Part shown: one piece after another, positions 1-15,000 of the stretch
Numbering within the stretch: position 1 is the first letter of the stretch
How the letters are laid out: each line of letters begins with the position of its first letter
NCBI GenBank assembly: GCA_964016885.1
Contig: OZ024740.1
Coordinates: 363,196,001-363,260,000 of the forward strand
Direction: 5' to 3'
DNA from: Eledone cirrhosa
Taxonomy: Eukaryota
Length of the DNA: 64,000 nucleotides
Position numbers and translations under genes: made by a program
The notes under the pieces: generated by a model
Database searches by the model: none
What the model was told of the DNA's origin: nothing
The model's input: the letters and a program-made list of their open reading frames with translations, nothing else

Positions 1-3000
1 GGTTGGTGAACAGAAGTGATCTTGTGAGATGTTGGGTGGAATGGTTGGTGAACAGAAGTGATCGAGTGAGGAGTTGGGTGGAATGGTTGGTGAACAGAAG
101 TGATCGAGTGAGGAGTTGGGTGGAATGGTTGGTGAACTGAAGTGATCGAGTGAGATGTTGGGTGGAATGGTTGGTGAACAGAAGTGATCGAGTGAGGAGT
201 TGGGTGGAATGGTTGGTGAATAGAAGTGATCGAGTGAGGAGTTGGGTGGAATGGTTGGTGAATAGAAGTGATCGAGTGAGGAGTTGGGTGGAATGGTTGG
301 TGAACAGAAGTGACCGAATGAGGATTTGGGTGGAATGGTTGGTGATCGAGTGTGGAGGTGGGTGGAATGGTTCGTGAACAGAAGTGATCGTGTGAGGAGT
401 TGGGTGGAATGGTTGGTGAACAGAAGTGATCGTGTAAGGAGTTGGGTGGAATGGTTGGTGAACAGAAATGATCGAGTGTGGAGTTGGGTGGAATGGTTGG
501 TGAACAGAAGTGATCGAGTGTGGAGTTGGGTGGAATGGTTGGTGAACAGAAGTGATCGAGTGAGGAGTTGGGTGGAATGGTTGGTGAACAGAAGTGACCG
601 AATGAGGAGTTGGGTGGAATGGTTGGTGATCGAGTGTGGAGGTGGGTGGAATGGTTGGTGAACAGAAGTGATCGTGTGAGGAGTTGGGTGGAATGGTTGG
701 TGAATAGAAGTGATCGAGTGTGGAGTTGGGTGGAATGGTTGGTGAACAGAAGTGATCGACTGTGGAGTTGGGTGGAATGGTTGGTGAACAGAAGTGATCT
801 TGTGAGGAGTTGGGTGGAATGGTTGGTGAACAGAAGTGATCGTGTGAGGAGTTGGGTGGAATGGTTGGTGAACAGAAGTGATCGAGTGTGGAGTTGGGTG
901 GAATGGTTGGTGAACAGAAGTGATCGAGTGAGGAGTTGGGTGGAATGGTTGGTGAACAGAAGTGATCGAGTGTGGAGTTGGGTGGAATGGTTGGTGAACA
1001 GAAGTGATCGAGTGAGGAGTTGGGTGGAATGGTTGGTGAACAGAAGTGATCGAGTGTGGAGTTGGGTGGAATGGTTGGTGAATAGAAGTGATCGAGTGTG
1101 GAGTTGGGTGGAATGGTTGGTGAACAGAAGTGATCGAGTGTGGAGTTGGGTGGAATGGTTGGTGAATAGAAGTGATCGAGTGTGGAGTTGGGTGGAATGG
1201 TTGGTGAACAGAAGTGATCTTGTGAGGAGTTGGGTGGAATGGTTGGTGAACAGAAGTGATCGTGTGAGGAGTTGGGTGGAATGGTTGGTGAACAGAAGTG
1301 ATCGTGTGAGGAGTTGGGTGGAATGGTTGGTGAACAGAAGTGATCGAGTGAGGAGTTGGGTGGAATGGTTGGTGAGCAGAAGTGATCGTGTGAGGAGTTG
1401 GGTGGAATGGTTGGTGAATAGAAGTGATCGAGTGAGGAGTTGGGTGGAATGGTTGGTGAACAGAAGTGATCGAGTGTGGAGTTGGGTGGAATGGTTGGTG
1501 AACAGAAGTGATCGAGTGAGGAGTGGGGTGGAATAGTTGGTGAACAGAAGTGATCGAGTGAGGAGTTGGGTGGAATGGTTGGTGAATAGAAATGATCGAG
1601 TGAGGAGTTGGGTGGAATGGTTGGTGAACAGAAGTGATCGTGTGAGGAGTTGGGTGGAATGGTTGGTGAACAGAAGTGATCGTGTGAGGAGTTGGGTGGA
1701 ATGGTTGGTGAACAGAAGTGATCGAGTGAGGAGTTGGGTGGAATGGTTGGTGAACAGAAGTGATCGAGTGAGGAGTTGGGTGGAATGGTTGGTGAACAGA
1801 AGTGATCGAGTGAGGAGTTGGTGGAATGGTTGGTGAACAGAAGTGATGGAGTGTGGAGTTGAGTGGAATGGTTGGTGAACAGAAGTGATCGAGTATGGAG
1901 TTGGGTGGAATGGTTCGTGTTCAGAAGTGATCGAGTGTGGAGTTGGGTGGAATGGTTGGTGAACAGAAGTGATCGAGTGAGGAGTTGGGTGGAATGGTTG
2001 GTGATTAGAAGTGATCGAGTGAGGAGTTGGGTGGAATGGTTGGTGAACAGAAGTGATCGTGTGAGTTGGGTGGAATGGTTGGTGAACAGAAGTGATCGAG
2101 TGTGGAGTTGGGTGGAATGGTTGGTGAACAGAAGTGATCGAGTGTGGAGTTGGGTGGAATGGTTGGTGATTAGAAGTGATCGAGTGAGGAGTTGGGTGGA
2201 ATGGTTGGTGATTAGAAGTGATCGAGTGAGGAGTTGGGTGGAATGGTTGGTGAACAGAAGTGATCGTGTGAGGAGTTGGGTGGAATGGTTGGTGAACAGA
2301 AGTGATCGAGTGTGGAGTTGGGTGGAAGGGTTGGTGATCGAGTGTGGAGTTGGGTGGAATGGTTGGTGAATAGAAGTGATCGAGTGAGGAGTTGGGTGGA
2401 ATGGTTGGTGATTAGACGTGATCGAGTGAGGAGTTGGGTGGAATGGTTGGTGAACAGAAGTGATCGTGTGAGGAGTTGGGTGGAATGGTTGGTGAACAGA
2501 AGTGATCGAGTGTGGAGTTGGGTGGAATGGTTGGTGATTAGAAGTGATCGAGTGAGGAGTTGGGTGGAATGGTTGGTGAACAGAAGTGATCGAGTGAGGA
2601 GTTGGGTGTAATGGTTGGTGAACAGAAGTGATCGAGTGGGGAGTTGGGTGGAATGGTTGGTGAACAGAAGTGATAGAGTGAGGAGTTGGGTGGAATGGTT
2701 GGTGAACAGAAGTGATCGTGTGAGGAGTTGGGTGGAATGGTTGGTGAACAGAAGTGATCGAGTGTGGAGTTGGGTGGAATGGTTGGTGAACAGAAGTGAT
2801 CGTGTGAGGAGTTGGGTGGAATGGTTGGTGAACAGAAGTGATCGTGTGAGGAGTTGGGTGGAATGGTTGGTGAACAGAAGTGATCGAGTGTGGAGTTGGG
2901 TGGAATGGTTGGTGAACAGAAGTGATCGAGTGTGGAGTTGGGTGGAATGGTTGGTGATTAGAAGTGATCGAGTGAGGAGTTGGGTGGAATGGTTGGTGAA

Positions 3001-6000
3001 CAGAAGTGATCGAGTGAGGAGTTGGGTGGAATGGTTGGTGAACAGAAGCGATCGAGTGAGGAGTTGGGTGGAATGGTTGGTGAACAGAAGTGATCGAGTG
3101 AGGAGTTGGGTGGAATGGTTGGTGAACAGAAGTGATCGAGTGAGGGGTTGGGTGGAATGGTTGGTGAACAGAAGTGATCGTGTGAGGAGTTGGGTGGAAT
3201 GGTTGGTGAACAGAAGTGATCGAGTGTGGAGTTGGGTGGAATGGTTGGTGAACAGAAGTGATCGTGTGAGGAGTTGGGTGGAATGGTTGGTGAACAGAAG
3301 TGATCGAGTGAGGAGTTGGGTGGAATGGTTGGTGAACAGAAGTGATCGAGTGTGGAGTTGGGTGGAATGGTTGGTGATCGAGTGTGGAGTTGGGTGGAAT
3401 GGTTGGTGAATAGAAGTGATCGAGTGAGGAGTTGGGTAGAATGGTTGGTGATTAGAAGTGATCGAGTGAGGAGTTGGATGGAATGGTTGGTGATTAGAAG
3501 TGATGGAGTGAGGAGTTGGGTGGAATGGTTGGTGAACAGAAGTGATCGAGTGTGGAGTTGGGTGGAATGGTTAGTGAACAGAAGTGATCGAGTGAGGAGT
3601 TGGGTGGAATGGTTGGTGAACAGAAGTGATCGAGTGAGGAGTTGGGTGGAATGGTTGGTGAACAGAAGTGATCGAGTGTGGAGTTGGGTGGAATGGTTGG
3701 TGAACAGAAGTGATCGAGTATGGAGTTGGGTGGAATGGTTGGTGGACAGAAGTGATCGAGTGTGGAGTTGGGTGGAATGGTTGGTGAACAGAAGTGATCG
3801 AGTGAGGAGTTGGGTGGAATGGTTGGTGATTAGAAGTGATCGAGTGAGGAGTTGGGTGGAATGGTTGGTGAACAGAAGTGATCGTGTGAGGAGTTGGGTG
3901 GAATGGTTGGTGAACAGAAGTGATCGAGTGTGGAGTTGGGTGGAATGGTTGGTGAACAGAAGTGATCGAGTGTGGAGTTGGGTGGAATGGTTGGTGATTA
4001 GAAGTGATCGAGTGAGGAGTTGGGTGGAATGGTTGGTGATTAGAAGTGATCGAGTGAGGAGTTGGGTGGAATGGTTGGTGAACAGAAGTGATCGTGTGAG
4101 GAGTTGGGTGGAATGGTTGGTGAACAGAAGTGATCGAGTGTGGAGTTGGGTGGAATGGTTGGTGAACAGAAGTGATCGAGTGTGGAGTTGGGTGGAATGG
4201 TTGGTGATTAGAAGTGATCGAGTGAGGAGTTGGGTGGAATGGTTGGTGATTAGAAGTGATCGAGTGAGGAGTTGGGTGGAATGGTTGGTGAACAGAAGTG
4301 ATCGTGTGAGGAGTTGGGTGGAATGGTTGGTGAACAGAAGTGAGCGAGTGTGGAGTTGGGTGGAATGGTTGGTGAACAGAAGTGATCGTGTGAGGAGTTG
4401 GGTGGAATGGTTGGTGAACAGAAGTGATCGAGTGAGGAGTAGGGTGGAATGGTTGGTGATCGAGTGTGGAGTTGGGTGGAATGGTTGGTGAATAGAAGTG
4501 ATCGAGTGAGGATTTGGGTGGAATGGTTGGTGATTAGAAGTGATCGAGTGAGGAGTTGGGTGGAATGGTTGGTGAACAGAAGTGATCGTGTGAGGAGTTG
4601 GGTGGAATGGTTGGTGAACAGAAGTGATCGAGTGTGGAGTTGGGTGGAATGGTTGGTGATTAGAAGTGATCGAGTGAGGAGTTGGGTGGAATGGTTGGTG
4701 AACAGAAGTGATCGAGTGAGGAGTTGGGTGGAATGGTTCGTGATTAGAAGTGATCGAGTGAGGAGTTGGGTGGAATGGTTGGTGAACAGAAGTGATCGAG
4801 TGAGGAGTTGGGTGGAATGGTTGGTGAACAGAAGTGATCGTGTGAGGAGTTGGGTGGAATGGTTGGTGAACAGAAGTGATCGAGTGTGGAGTTGGCTGGA
4901 ATGGTTGGTGAACAGAAGTGATCGTGTGAGGAGTTGGGTAGAATGGTTGGTGAACAGAAGTGATCGTGTGAGGAGTTGGGTGGAATGGTTGGTGAACAGA
5001 AGTGATCGAGTGTGGAGTTGGGTGGAATGGTTGGTGAACAGAAGTGATCGAGTGTGGAGTTGGGTGGAATGGTTGGTGATTAGAAGTGATCGAGTGAGGA
5101 GTTGGGTGGAATGGTTGGTGAACAGAAGTGATCGAATGAGGAGTTGGGTGGAATGGTTGGTGAACAGAAGTGATCGAGTGAGGAGTTGGGTGGAATGGTT
5201 GGTGAACAGAAGTGATCGAGTGTGGAGTTGCGTGGAATGGTTGGTGAACAGAAGTGATCGAGTGTGAAGTTGGGTGGAATGGTTGGTGATTAGAAGTGAT
5301 CGAGTGAGGAGTTGGGTGGAATGGTTGGTGAACAGAAGTGATCGAGTGAGGAGTTGGGTGGAATGGTTGGTGAACAGAAGTGATCGTGTGAGGAGTTGGG
5401 TGGAATGGTTGGTGAACAGAAGTGATCGAGTGTGGAGTTGGGTGGAATGGTTGGTGAACAGAAGTGATCGTGTGAGGAATTGGGTGGAATGGTTGGTGAA
5501 CAGAAGTGATCGAGTGAGGAGTAGGGTGGAATGGTTGGTGATCGAGTGTAGAGTTGGGTGGAATGGTTGGTGAATAGAAGTGATCGAGTGAGGAGTTGGG
5601 TGGAATGGTTGGTGATTAGAAGTGATCGAGTGAGGAGTTGGGTGGAATGGTTGGTGATTAGAAGTGATCGAGTGAGGAGTTGGGTGGAATGGTTGGTGAA
5701 CAGAAGTGATCGAGTGAGGAGTTGGGTGGAATGGTTGGTGAACAGAAGTGATCGTGTGAGGAGTTGGGTGGAATGGTTGGTGAACAGAAGTGATCGAGTG
5801 TGGAGTTGGGTGGAATGGTTGGTGAACAGAAGTGATCGAGTGTGGAGTTGGGTGGAATGGTTGGTGATTAGAAGTGATCGAGTGAGGAGTTGGGTGGAAT
5901 GGTTGGTGATTAGAAGTGATCGAGTGAGGAGTTGGGTGGAATGGTTGGTGAACAGAAGTGATCGAGTGAGGAGTTGGGTGGAATGGTTGGTGATTAGAAG

Positions 6001-9000
6001 TGATCGAGTGAGGAGTTGGGTGGAATTGCTGGTGAACAGAAGTGATCGAGTGAGGAGTTGGGTGGAATGGTTGGTGAACAGAAGTGATCGAGTGTGGAGT
6101 TGGGTGGAATGGTTGGTGAACAGAAGTGATCGAGTGAGGAGTTGGGTGGAATGGTTGGTGAACAGAAGTGATCGAGTGAGGAGTTGGGTGGAATGGTTGG
6201 TGAACAGAAGTGATCGAGTGAGGAGTTGGGTGGAATGGTTGGTGAACAGAAGTGATCGAGTGTGGAGTTGGGTGGAATGGTTGGTGAACAGAAGTGATCG
6301 AGTGTGGAGTTGGGTGGAATGGTTGGTGATTAGAAGTGATCGAGTGAGGAGTTGGGTGGAATGGTTGGTGAACAGAAGTGATCGAGTGAGGAGTTGGGTG
6401 GAATGGTTGGTGAACAGAAGTGATCGTGTGAGGAGTTGGGTGGAATGGTTGGTGAACAGAAGTGATCGAGTGTGGAGTTGGGTGGAATGGTTGGTGAACA
6501 GAAGTGATCGTGTGAGGAGTTGGGTGGAATGGTTGGTGAACAGAAGTGATCGAGTGAGGAGTTGGGTGGAATGGTTGGTGAACAGAAGTGATCGAGTGTG
6601 GAGTTGAGTGGAATGGTTGGTGATCGAGTGTGGAGTTGAGTGGAACGGTTGGTGAATAGAAGTGATCGAGTGAGGAGTTGGGTGGAATGGTTGGTGATTA
6701 GAAGTGATCGAGTGAGGAGTTGGGTGGAATGGTTGGTGATTAGAACTGATGGAGTGAGGAGTTGGGTGGAATGGTTGGTGAACAGAAGTGATCGAGTGAG
6801 GAGTTGGGTGGAATGGTTGGTGATTAGAAGTGATCGAGTGAGGAGTTGGGTGGAATGGTTGGTGATTAGAAGTGATCGAGTGAGGAGTTGGGTGGAATAG
6901 TTGGTGATTAGAAGTGATCGAGTGAGGAGTTGGGTGGAATGGTTGGTGATTAGAAGTGATCGAGTGAGGAGTTGGGTGGAATGGTTGGTGAACAGAAGTG
7001 ATCGAGTGTGGAGTTGGGTGGAATGGTTGGTGAACAGAAGTGATCGAGTGAGGAGTTGGGTGGAATGGTTGGTGAACAGAAGTGATCGAGTGAGGAGTAG
7101 GGTGGAATGGTTGGTGATCGAGTGTGGAGTTGGGTGGAATGGTTGGTGAATAGAAGTGATCGAGTGAGGAGTTGGGTGGAATGGTTGGTGAACAGAAGTG
7201 ATCGAGTGTGGAGTTGGGTGGAATGGTTGGTCATTAGAAGTGATCGAGTGAGGAGTTGGGTGGAATGGTTGGTGAACAGAAGTGATCGAGTGTGGAGTTG
7301 GGTGGAATGGTTGGTGAATAGAAGTGATCGAGTGTGGAGTTGGGTGGAATGGTTGGTGAACAGAAGTGATCGAGTGAGGAGTTGGGTGGAATGGTTGGTG
7401 AACAGAAGTGATCGAGTGTGGAGTTGGGTGGAATTGTTGGTGAACAGAAGTGATCGTGTGAGGAGTTGGGTGGAATGGTTGGTGAACAGAAGTGATCGAG
7501 TGTGGAGTTGGGTGGAATGGTTGGTGAATAGAAGTGATCGAGTGAGGAGTTGGGTGGAATGGTTGGTGAACAGAAGTGATCGAGTGTGGAGTTGGGTGGA
7601 ATGGTTGGTGAACAGAAGTGATCGAGTGTGGAGTTGGGTGGAATGGTTGGTGAATAGAAGTGATCGAGTGAGGAGTTGGGTGGAATGGTTGGTGAACAGA
7701 AGTGATCGAGTGAGGAGTTGGGTGGAATGGTTGGTGAACAGAAGTGATCGAGTGTGGAGTTGGGTGGAATGGTTGGTGAACAGAAGTGATCGAGTGAGGA
7801 GTTGGGTGGAATGGTTGGTGAACAGAAGTGATCGAGTATGGAGATGGGTGGAATGGTTGGTGAATAGAAGTGATCGAGTGAGGAGTTGGGTGGAATGGTT
7901 GGTGAACAGAAGTGATCGAGTGAGGAGTTGGGTGGAATTGTTGGTGAACAGAAGTGATCGAGTGAGGTGTTGGGTGGAATGGTTGGTGAACAGAAGTGAT
8001 CTTGTGAGGAGTTGGGTGGAATGGTTGGTGAACAGAAGTGATCTTGTGAGGAGTTGGGTGGAATGGTTGGTGAACAGAAGTGATCGAATGTGGAGTTGGG
8101 TGGAATTGTTGGTGAACAGAATGATCGAATGAGGAGTTGGGTGGAATGGTTGGTGAACAGAAGTGATCGAGTGTGGAGTTGGGTGGAATGGTTGGTGAAT
8201 AGAAGTGATCGAGTGAGGAGTTGGGTGGAATGGTTGGTGAACAGAAGTGATCGAGTGAGGAGTTGGGTGGAATGGTTGGTGAATAGAAGTGATCGAGTGA
8301 GGAGTTGGGTGGAATGGTTGGTGAACAGAAGTGATCGAGTGTGGAGTTGGGTGGAATGGTTGGTGAACAGAAGTGATCGAATGAGGAGTTGGGTGGAATG
8401 GTTGGTGAACAGAAGTGATCGAGTGAGGAGTTGGGTGGAATGGTTGGTGAACAGAAGTGATCGAGTGAGGAGTTGGGTGGAATGGTTGGTGAATAGAAGT
8501 GATCGAGTGAGGAGTTGGGTGGAATGGTTGGTGAACAGAAGTGATCGAGTGTGGAGTTGGGTGGAATGGTTGGTGAACAGAAGTGATCGAGTGAGGAGTT
8601 GGGTGGAATGGTTGGTGAACAGAAGTGATCGAGTATGGAGTTGGGTGGAATGGTTGGTGAACAGAAGTGATCGAGTGAGGAGTTGGGTGGAATGGTTGGT
8701 GAATAGAAGTGATCGAGTGAGGAGTTGGGTGGAATGGTTGGTGAACAGAAGTGATCGAGTGTGGAGTTGGGTGGAATGGTTGGTGAACAGAAGTGATCGA
8801 GTGAGGAGTTGGGTGGAATGGTTGGTGAACAGAAGTGATCGAGTGAGGAGTTGGGTGGAATGGTTGGTGAACAGAAGTGATCGAGTGTGGAGTTGGGTGG
8901 AATGGTTGGTGAATAGAAGTGATCGAGTGAGGAGTTGGGTGGAATGGTTGGTGAACAGAAGTGATCGAGTGTGGAGTTGGGTGGAATGGTTGGTGAACAG

Positions 9001-12000
9001 AAGTGATCGAGTGAGGAGTTGGGTGGAATGGTTGGTGAACAGAAGTGATCGAGTGTGGAGTTGGGTGGAATGGTTGGTGAACAGAAGTGATCGAGTGAGG
9101 AGTTGGGTGGAATGGTTGGTGAACAGAAGTGATCGAGTGTGGAGTTGGGTGGAATGGTTGGTGAACAGAAGTGATCGAGTGAGGAGTTGGGTGGAATGGT
9201 TGGTGAATAGAAGTGATCTTGTGAGGAGTTGGGTGGAATGGTTGGTGAACAAAGTGATCGATTATGGATTTGGGTGGAATGGTTGGTGAATAGAAGTGAT
9301 CGATTGAGGAGTTGGGTGGAATGGTTGGTGAACAGAAGTGATCGAGTGAGGAGTTGGGTGGAATGGTTGGTGACCTGGAGTGATCGAGTATGGAGTTGGG
9401 TGGAATGGTTGGTGAACAGAAGTGATCGAGTGTGGAGTTGGGTGGAATGGTTGGTGAACAGAAGTGATCGAGTGAGGAGTTGGGTGGAATGGTTGGTGAA
9501 CAGAAGTGATCGAGTATGGAGTTGGGTGGAATGGTTGGTGAACTGAAGTGATCTTGTGAGGAGTTGGGTGGAATGGTTGGTGAACAGAAGTGATCTTGTG
9601 AGGAGTTGGGTGGAATGGTTGGTGAACAGAAGTGATCGAGTATGGAGTTGGGTGGAATGGTTGGTGAACTGAAGTGATCTTGTGAGGAGTTGGGTGGAAT
9701 GGTTGGTGAACAGAAGTGATCTTGTGAGGAGTTGGGTGGAATGGTTGGTGAACAAAAGTGATCTTGTGAGGAGTTGGGTGGAATGGTTGGTGAACAGAAG
9801 TGATCGAGTATGGAGTTGGGTGGAATGGTTGGTGAACTGAAGTGATCTTGTGAGGAGTTGGGTGGAATGGTTGGTGAACAGAAGTGATCTTGTGAGGAGT
9901 TGGGTGGAATGGTTGGTGAACAGAAGTGATCTTGTGAGGAGTTGGGTGGAATGGTTGGTGAACAGAAGTGATCGAGTATGGAGTTGGGTGGAATGGTTGG
10001 TGAACTGAAGTGATCTTGTGAGGAGTTGGGTGGAATGGTTGGTGAACAGAAGTGATCTTGTGAGGAGTTGGGTGGAATGGTTGGTGAACAGAAGTGATCT
10101 TGTGAGGAGTTGGGTGGAATGGTTGGTGAACAGAAGTGATCGAGTGTGGAGTTGGGTGGAATGGTTGGTGAATAGAAGTGATCGAGTGAGGAGTTGGGTG
10201 GAATGGTTGGTGAACAGAAGTGATCGAGTGTGGAGTTGGGTGGAATGGTTGGTGAACAGAAGTGATCGAGTGAGGAGTTGGGTGGAATGGTTGGTGATCG
10301 AGTGTGGAGGTGGGTGGAATGGTTGGTGAACAGAAGTGATCGAGTGAGGAGTTGGGTGGAATGGTTGGTGATCGAGTATGGAGTTGGGTGGAATGGTTGG
10401 TGAACAGAAGTGATCGAGTGAGGAGTTGGGTGGAATGGTTGGTGAACAGAAGTGATCGAGTGAGGAGTTGGGTGGAATGGTTGGTGAACAGAAGTGATCG
10501 AGTGTGGAGTTGGGTGGAATGGTTGGTGAACAGAAGGGATCGAGTGAGGAGTTGGGTGGAATGGTTGGTGAACAGAAGTGATCGAGTGAGGAGTTGGGTG
10601 GAATGGTTGGTGAACAGAAGTGATCGAGTGAGGAGTTGGGTGGAATGGTTGGTGAACAGAAGTGATCGAGTGAGGAGTTGGGTGGAATGGTTGGTGAACA
10701 GAAGTGATCGAGTGAGGAGTTGGGTGGAATGGTTGGTGAACAGAAGTGATCGAGTGAGGAGTTGGGTGGAATGGTTGGTGAACAGAAGTGATCGAGTGAG
10801 GAGTTGGGTGGAATGGTTGGTGAACAGAAGTGATCGAGTGAGGAGTTGGGTGAAATGGGTGGTGAACAGAAGTGATCGAGTGTGGAGTTGGGTGGAATGG
10901 TTGGTGAACAGAAGTGATCGAGTGAGGAGTTGGGTGGAATGGTTGGTGAACAGAAGTGATCGAGTGAGGAGTTGGGTGGAATGGTTGGTGAACAGAAGTG
11001 ATCGAGTGTGGAGTTGGGTGGAATGGTTGGTGAACAGAAGTGATCGAGTGAGGAGTTGGGTGGAATGGTTGGTGAACAGAAGTGATCGAGTGAGGAGTTG
11101 GGTGGAATGGTTGGTGAACAGAAGTGATCGAGTGAGGAGTTGGGTGGAATGGTTGGTGAATAGAAGTGATCGAGTGAGGAGTTGGGTGGAATGGTTGGTG
11201 AACAGAAGTGATCGAGTGTGGAGTTGGGTGGAATGGTTGGTGAACAGAAGTGATCGAGTGAGGAGTTGGGTGGAATGGTTGGTGAACAGAAGTGATCGAG
11301 TGAGGAGTTGGGTGAAATGGGTGGTGAACAGAAGTGATCGAGTGTGGAGTTGGGTGGAATGGTTGGTGAACAGAAGTGATCGAGTGAGGAGTTGGGTGGA
11401 ATGGTTGGTGAACAGAAGTGATCGAGTGAGGAGTTGGGTGGAATAGTTGGTGAACAGAAGTGATCGAGTGTGGAGTTGGGTGGAATGGTTGGTGATCGAG
11501 TGAGGAGTTGGGTGGAATGGTTGGTGAACAGAAGTGATCGAGTGAGGAGTTGGGTGGAATGGTTGGTGAACAGAAGTGATCGAGTGAGGAGTTGGGTGGA
11601 ATGGTTGGTGAACAGAAGTGATCGAGTGTGGAGTTGGGTGGAATGGTTGGTGAATAGAAGTGATCGAGTGTGGAGTTGGGTGGAATGGTTGGTGAACAGA
11701 AGTGATCGAGTGAGGAGTTGGGTGGAATGGTTGGTGAATAGAAGTGATCGAGTGAGGAGTTGGGTGGAATTGTTGGTGAACAGAAGTGATCGAGTGAGGA
11801 GTTGGGTGGAATGGTTGGTGAACAGAAGTGATCGAGTGTGGAGTTGGGTGGAATGGTTGGTGAACAGAAGTGATCGAGTGAGGAGTTGGGTGGAATGGTT
11901 GGTGAACAGAAGTGATCGAGTATGGAGTTGGGTGGAATGGTTGGTGAATAGAAGTGATCGAGTGAGGAGTTGGGTGGAATGGTTGGTGAACAGAAGTGAT

Positions 12001-15000
12001 CGAGTGAGGAGTTGGGTGGAATTGTTGGTGAACAGAAGTGATCGAGTGAGGAGTTGGGTGGAATGGTTGGTGAACAGAAGTGATCTTGTGAGGAGTTGGG
12101 TGGAATGGTTGGTGAACAGAAGTGATCTTTTGAGGAGTTGGGTGGAATGGTTGGTGAACAGAAGTGATCGAGTGTGGAGTTGGGTGGAATGGTTGGTGAA
12201 CAGAAGTGATCGAGTGAGGAGTTGGGTGGAATGGTTGGTGAATAGAAGTGATCGAGTGAGGAGTTGGGTGGAATTGTTGGTGAACAGAAGTGATCGAGTG
12301 AGGAGTTGGGTGGAATGGTTGGTGAACAGAAGTGATCGAGTGTGGAGTTGGGTGGAATGGTTGGTGAACAGAAGTGATCGAGTGAGGAGTTGGGTGGAAT
12401 TGTTGGTGAACAGAAGTGATCGAGTGTGGAGTTGGGTGGAATTGTTGGTGAACAGAAGTGATCGAGTGAGGAGTTGGGTGGAATGGTTGGTGAACAGAAG
12501 TGATCGAGTGTGGAGTTGGGTGGAATGGTTGGTGAATAGAAGTGATCGAGTGAGGAGTTGGGTGGAATGGTTGGTGAACAGAAGTGATCGAGTGAGGAGT
12601 TGGGTGGAATGGTTGGTGAATAGAAGTGATCGAGTGAGGAGTTGGGTGGAATGGTTGGTGAACAGAAGTGATCGAGTGTGGAGTTGGGTGGAATGGTTGG
12701 TGAACAGAAGTGATCGAGTGAGAAGTTGGGTGGAATGGTTGGTGAACAGAAGTGATCGAGTGAGGAGTTGGGTGGAATGGTTGGTGAACAGAAGTGATCG
12801 AGTGAGGAGTTGGGTGGAATGGTTGGTGAATAGAAGTGATCGAGTGAGGAGTTGGGTGGAATGGTTGGTGAACAGAAGTGATCGAGTGAGGAGTTGGGTG
12901 GAATGGTTGGTGAATAGAAGTGATCGAGTGAGGAGTTGGGTGGAATGGTTGGTGAACAGAAGTGATCGAGTATGGAGTTGGGTGGAATGGTTGGTGAACA
13001 GAAGTGATCGAGTGAGGAGTTGGGTGGAATGGTTGGTGAATAGAAGTGATCGAGTGAGGAGTTGGGTGGAATGGTTGGTGAACAGAAGTGATCGAGTGTG
13101 GAGTTGGGTGGAATGGTTGGTGAACAGAAGTGATCGAGTGAGGAGTTGGGTGGAATGGTTGGTGAACAGAAGTGATCGAGTGAGGAGTTGGGTGGAATGG
13201 TTGGTGAACAGAAGTGATCGAGTGTGGAGTTGGGTGGAATGGTTGGTGAATAGAAGTGATCGAGTGAGGAGTTGGGTGGAATGGTTGGTGAACAGAAGTG
13301 ATCGAGTGTGGAGTTGGGTGGAATGGTTGGTGAACAGAAGTGATCGAGTGAGGAGTTGGGTGGAATGGTTGGTGAACAGAAGTGATCGAGTGTGGAGTTG
13401 GGTGGAATGGTTGGTGAACAGAAGTGATCGAGTGAGGAGTTGGGTGGAATGGTTGGTGAACAGAAGTGATCGAGTGTGGAGTTGGGTGGAATGGTTGGTG
13501 AACAGAAGTGATCGAGTGAGGAGTTGGGTGGAATGGTTGGTGAACAGAAGTGATCGAGTGAGGAGTTGGGTGGAATGGTTGGTGAACAGAAGTGATCGAG
13601 TGAGGAGTTGGGTGGAATGGTTGGTGAACAGAAGTGATCGAGTGTTGAGTTGGGTGGAATGGTTGGTGATCGAGTGCGGAGTTGGGTGGAATGGTTGGTG
13701 AACAGAAGTGATCGAGTGAGGAGTTGGGTGGAATGGTTGGTGAACAGAAGTGATCGAGTGAGGAGTTGGGTGGAATGGTTGGTGAACAGAAGTGATCTTG
13801 TGAGGAGTTGGGTGGAATGGTTGGTGAACAGAAGTGATCGAGTGAGGAGTTGGGTGGAATGGTTGGTGAACAGAAGTGATCGAGTGAGGAGTTGGGTGGA
13901 ATGGTTGGTGAACAGAAGTGATCTTGTGAGGAGTTGGGTGGAATGGTTGGTGAACAGAAGTGATCGAGTGAGGAGTTGGGTGGAATGGTTGGTGAACAGA
14001 AGTGATCGAGTGAGGAGTTGGGTGGAATGGTTGGTGAACAGAAGTGATCGAGTGAGGAGTTGGGTGGAATGGTTGGTGAACAGAAGTGATCGAGTGAGGA
14101 GTTGGGTGGAATGGTTGGTGAACAGAAGTGATCGAGTGAGGAGTTGGGTGGAATGGTTGGTGAACAGAAGTGATCGAGTGAGGAGTTGGGTGGAATGGTT
14201 GGTGAACAGAAGTGATCGAGTGTGGAGTTGGGTGGAATGGTTGGTGAATAGAAGTGATCGAGTGAGGAGTTGGGTGGAATGGTTGGTGAACAGAAGTGAT
14301 CGAGTGAGGAGTTGGGTGGAATGGTTGGTGGACAGAAGTGATCGAGTGTGGAGTTGGGTGGAATGGTTGGTGATCGAGTGAGCAGTTGGGTGGAATGGTT
14401 GGTGAACAGAAGTGATCGAGTGAGGAGTTGGGTGGAATGGTTGGTGAACAGAAGTGATCGAGTGAGGAGTTGGGTGGAATGGTTGGTGAACAGAAGTGAT
14501 CGAGTGTGGAGTTGGGTGGAATGGTTGGTGAATAGAAGTGATCGAGTGTGGAGTTGGGTGGAATGGTTGGTGAACAGAAGTGATCGAGTGAGGAGTTGGG
14601 TGGAATGGTTGGTGAATAGAAGTGATCGAGTGAGGAGTTGGGTGGAATTGTTGGTGAACAGAAGTGATCGAGTGAGGAGTTGGGTGGAATGGTTGGTGAA
14701 CAGAAGTGATCGAGTGTGGAGTTGGGTGGAATGGTTGGTGAACAGAAGTGATCGAGTGAGGAGTTGGGTGGAATGGTTGGTGAACAGAAGTGATCGAGTA
14801 TGGAGTTGGGTGGAATGGTTGGTGAATAGAAGTGATCGAGTGAGGAGTTGGGTGGAATGGTTGGTGAACAGAAGTGATCGAGTGAGGAGTTGGGTGGAAT
14901 TGTTTGTGAACAGAAGTGATCGAGTGAGGAGTTGGGTGGAATGGTTGGTGAACAGAAGTGATCTTGTGAGGAGTTGGGTGGAATGGTTGGTGAACAGAAG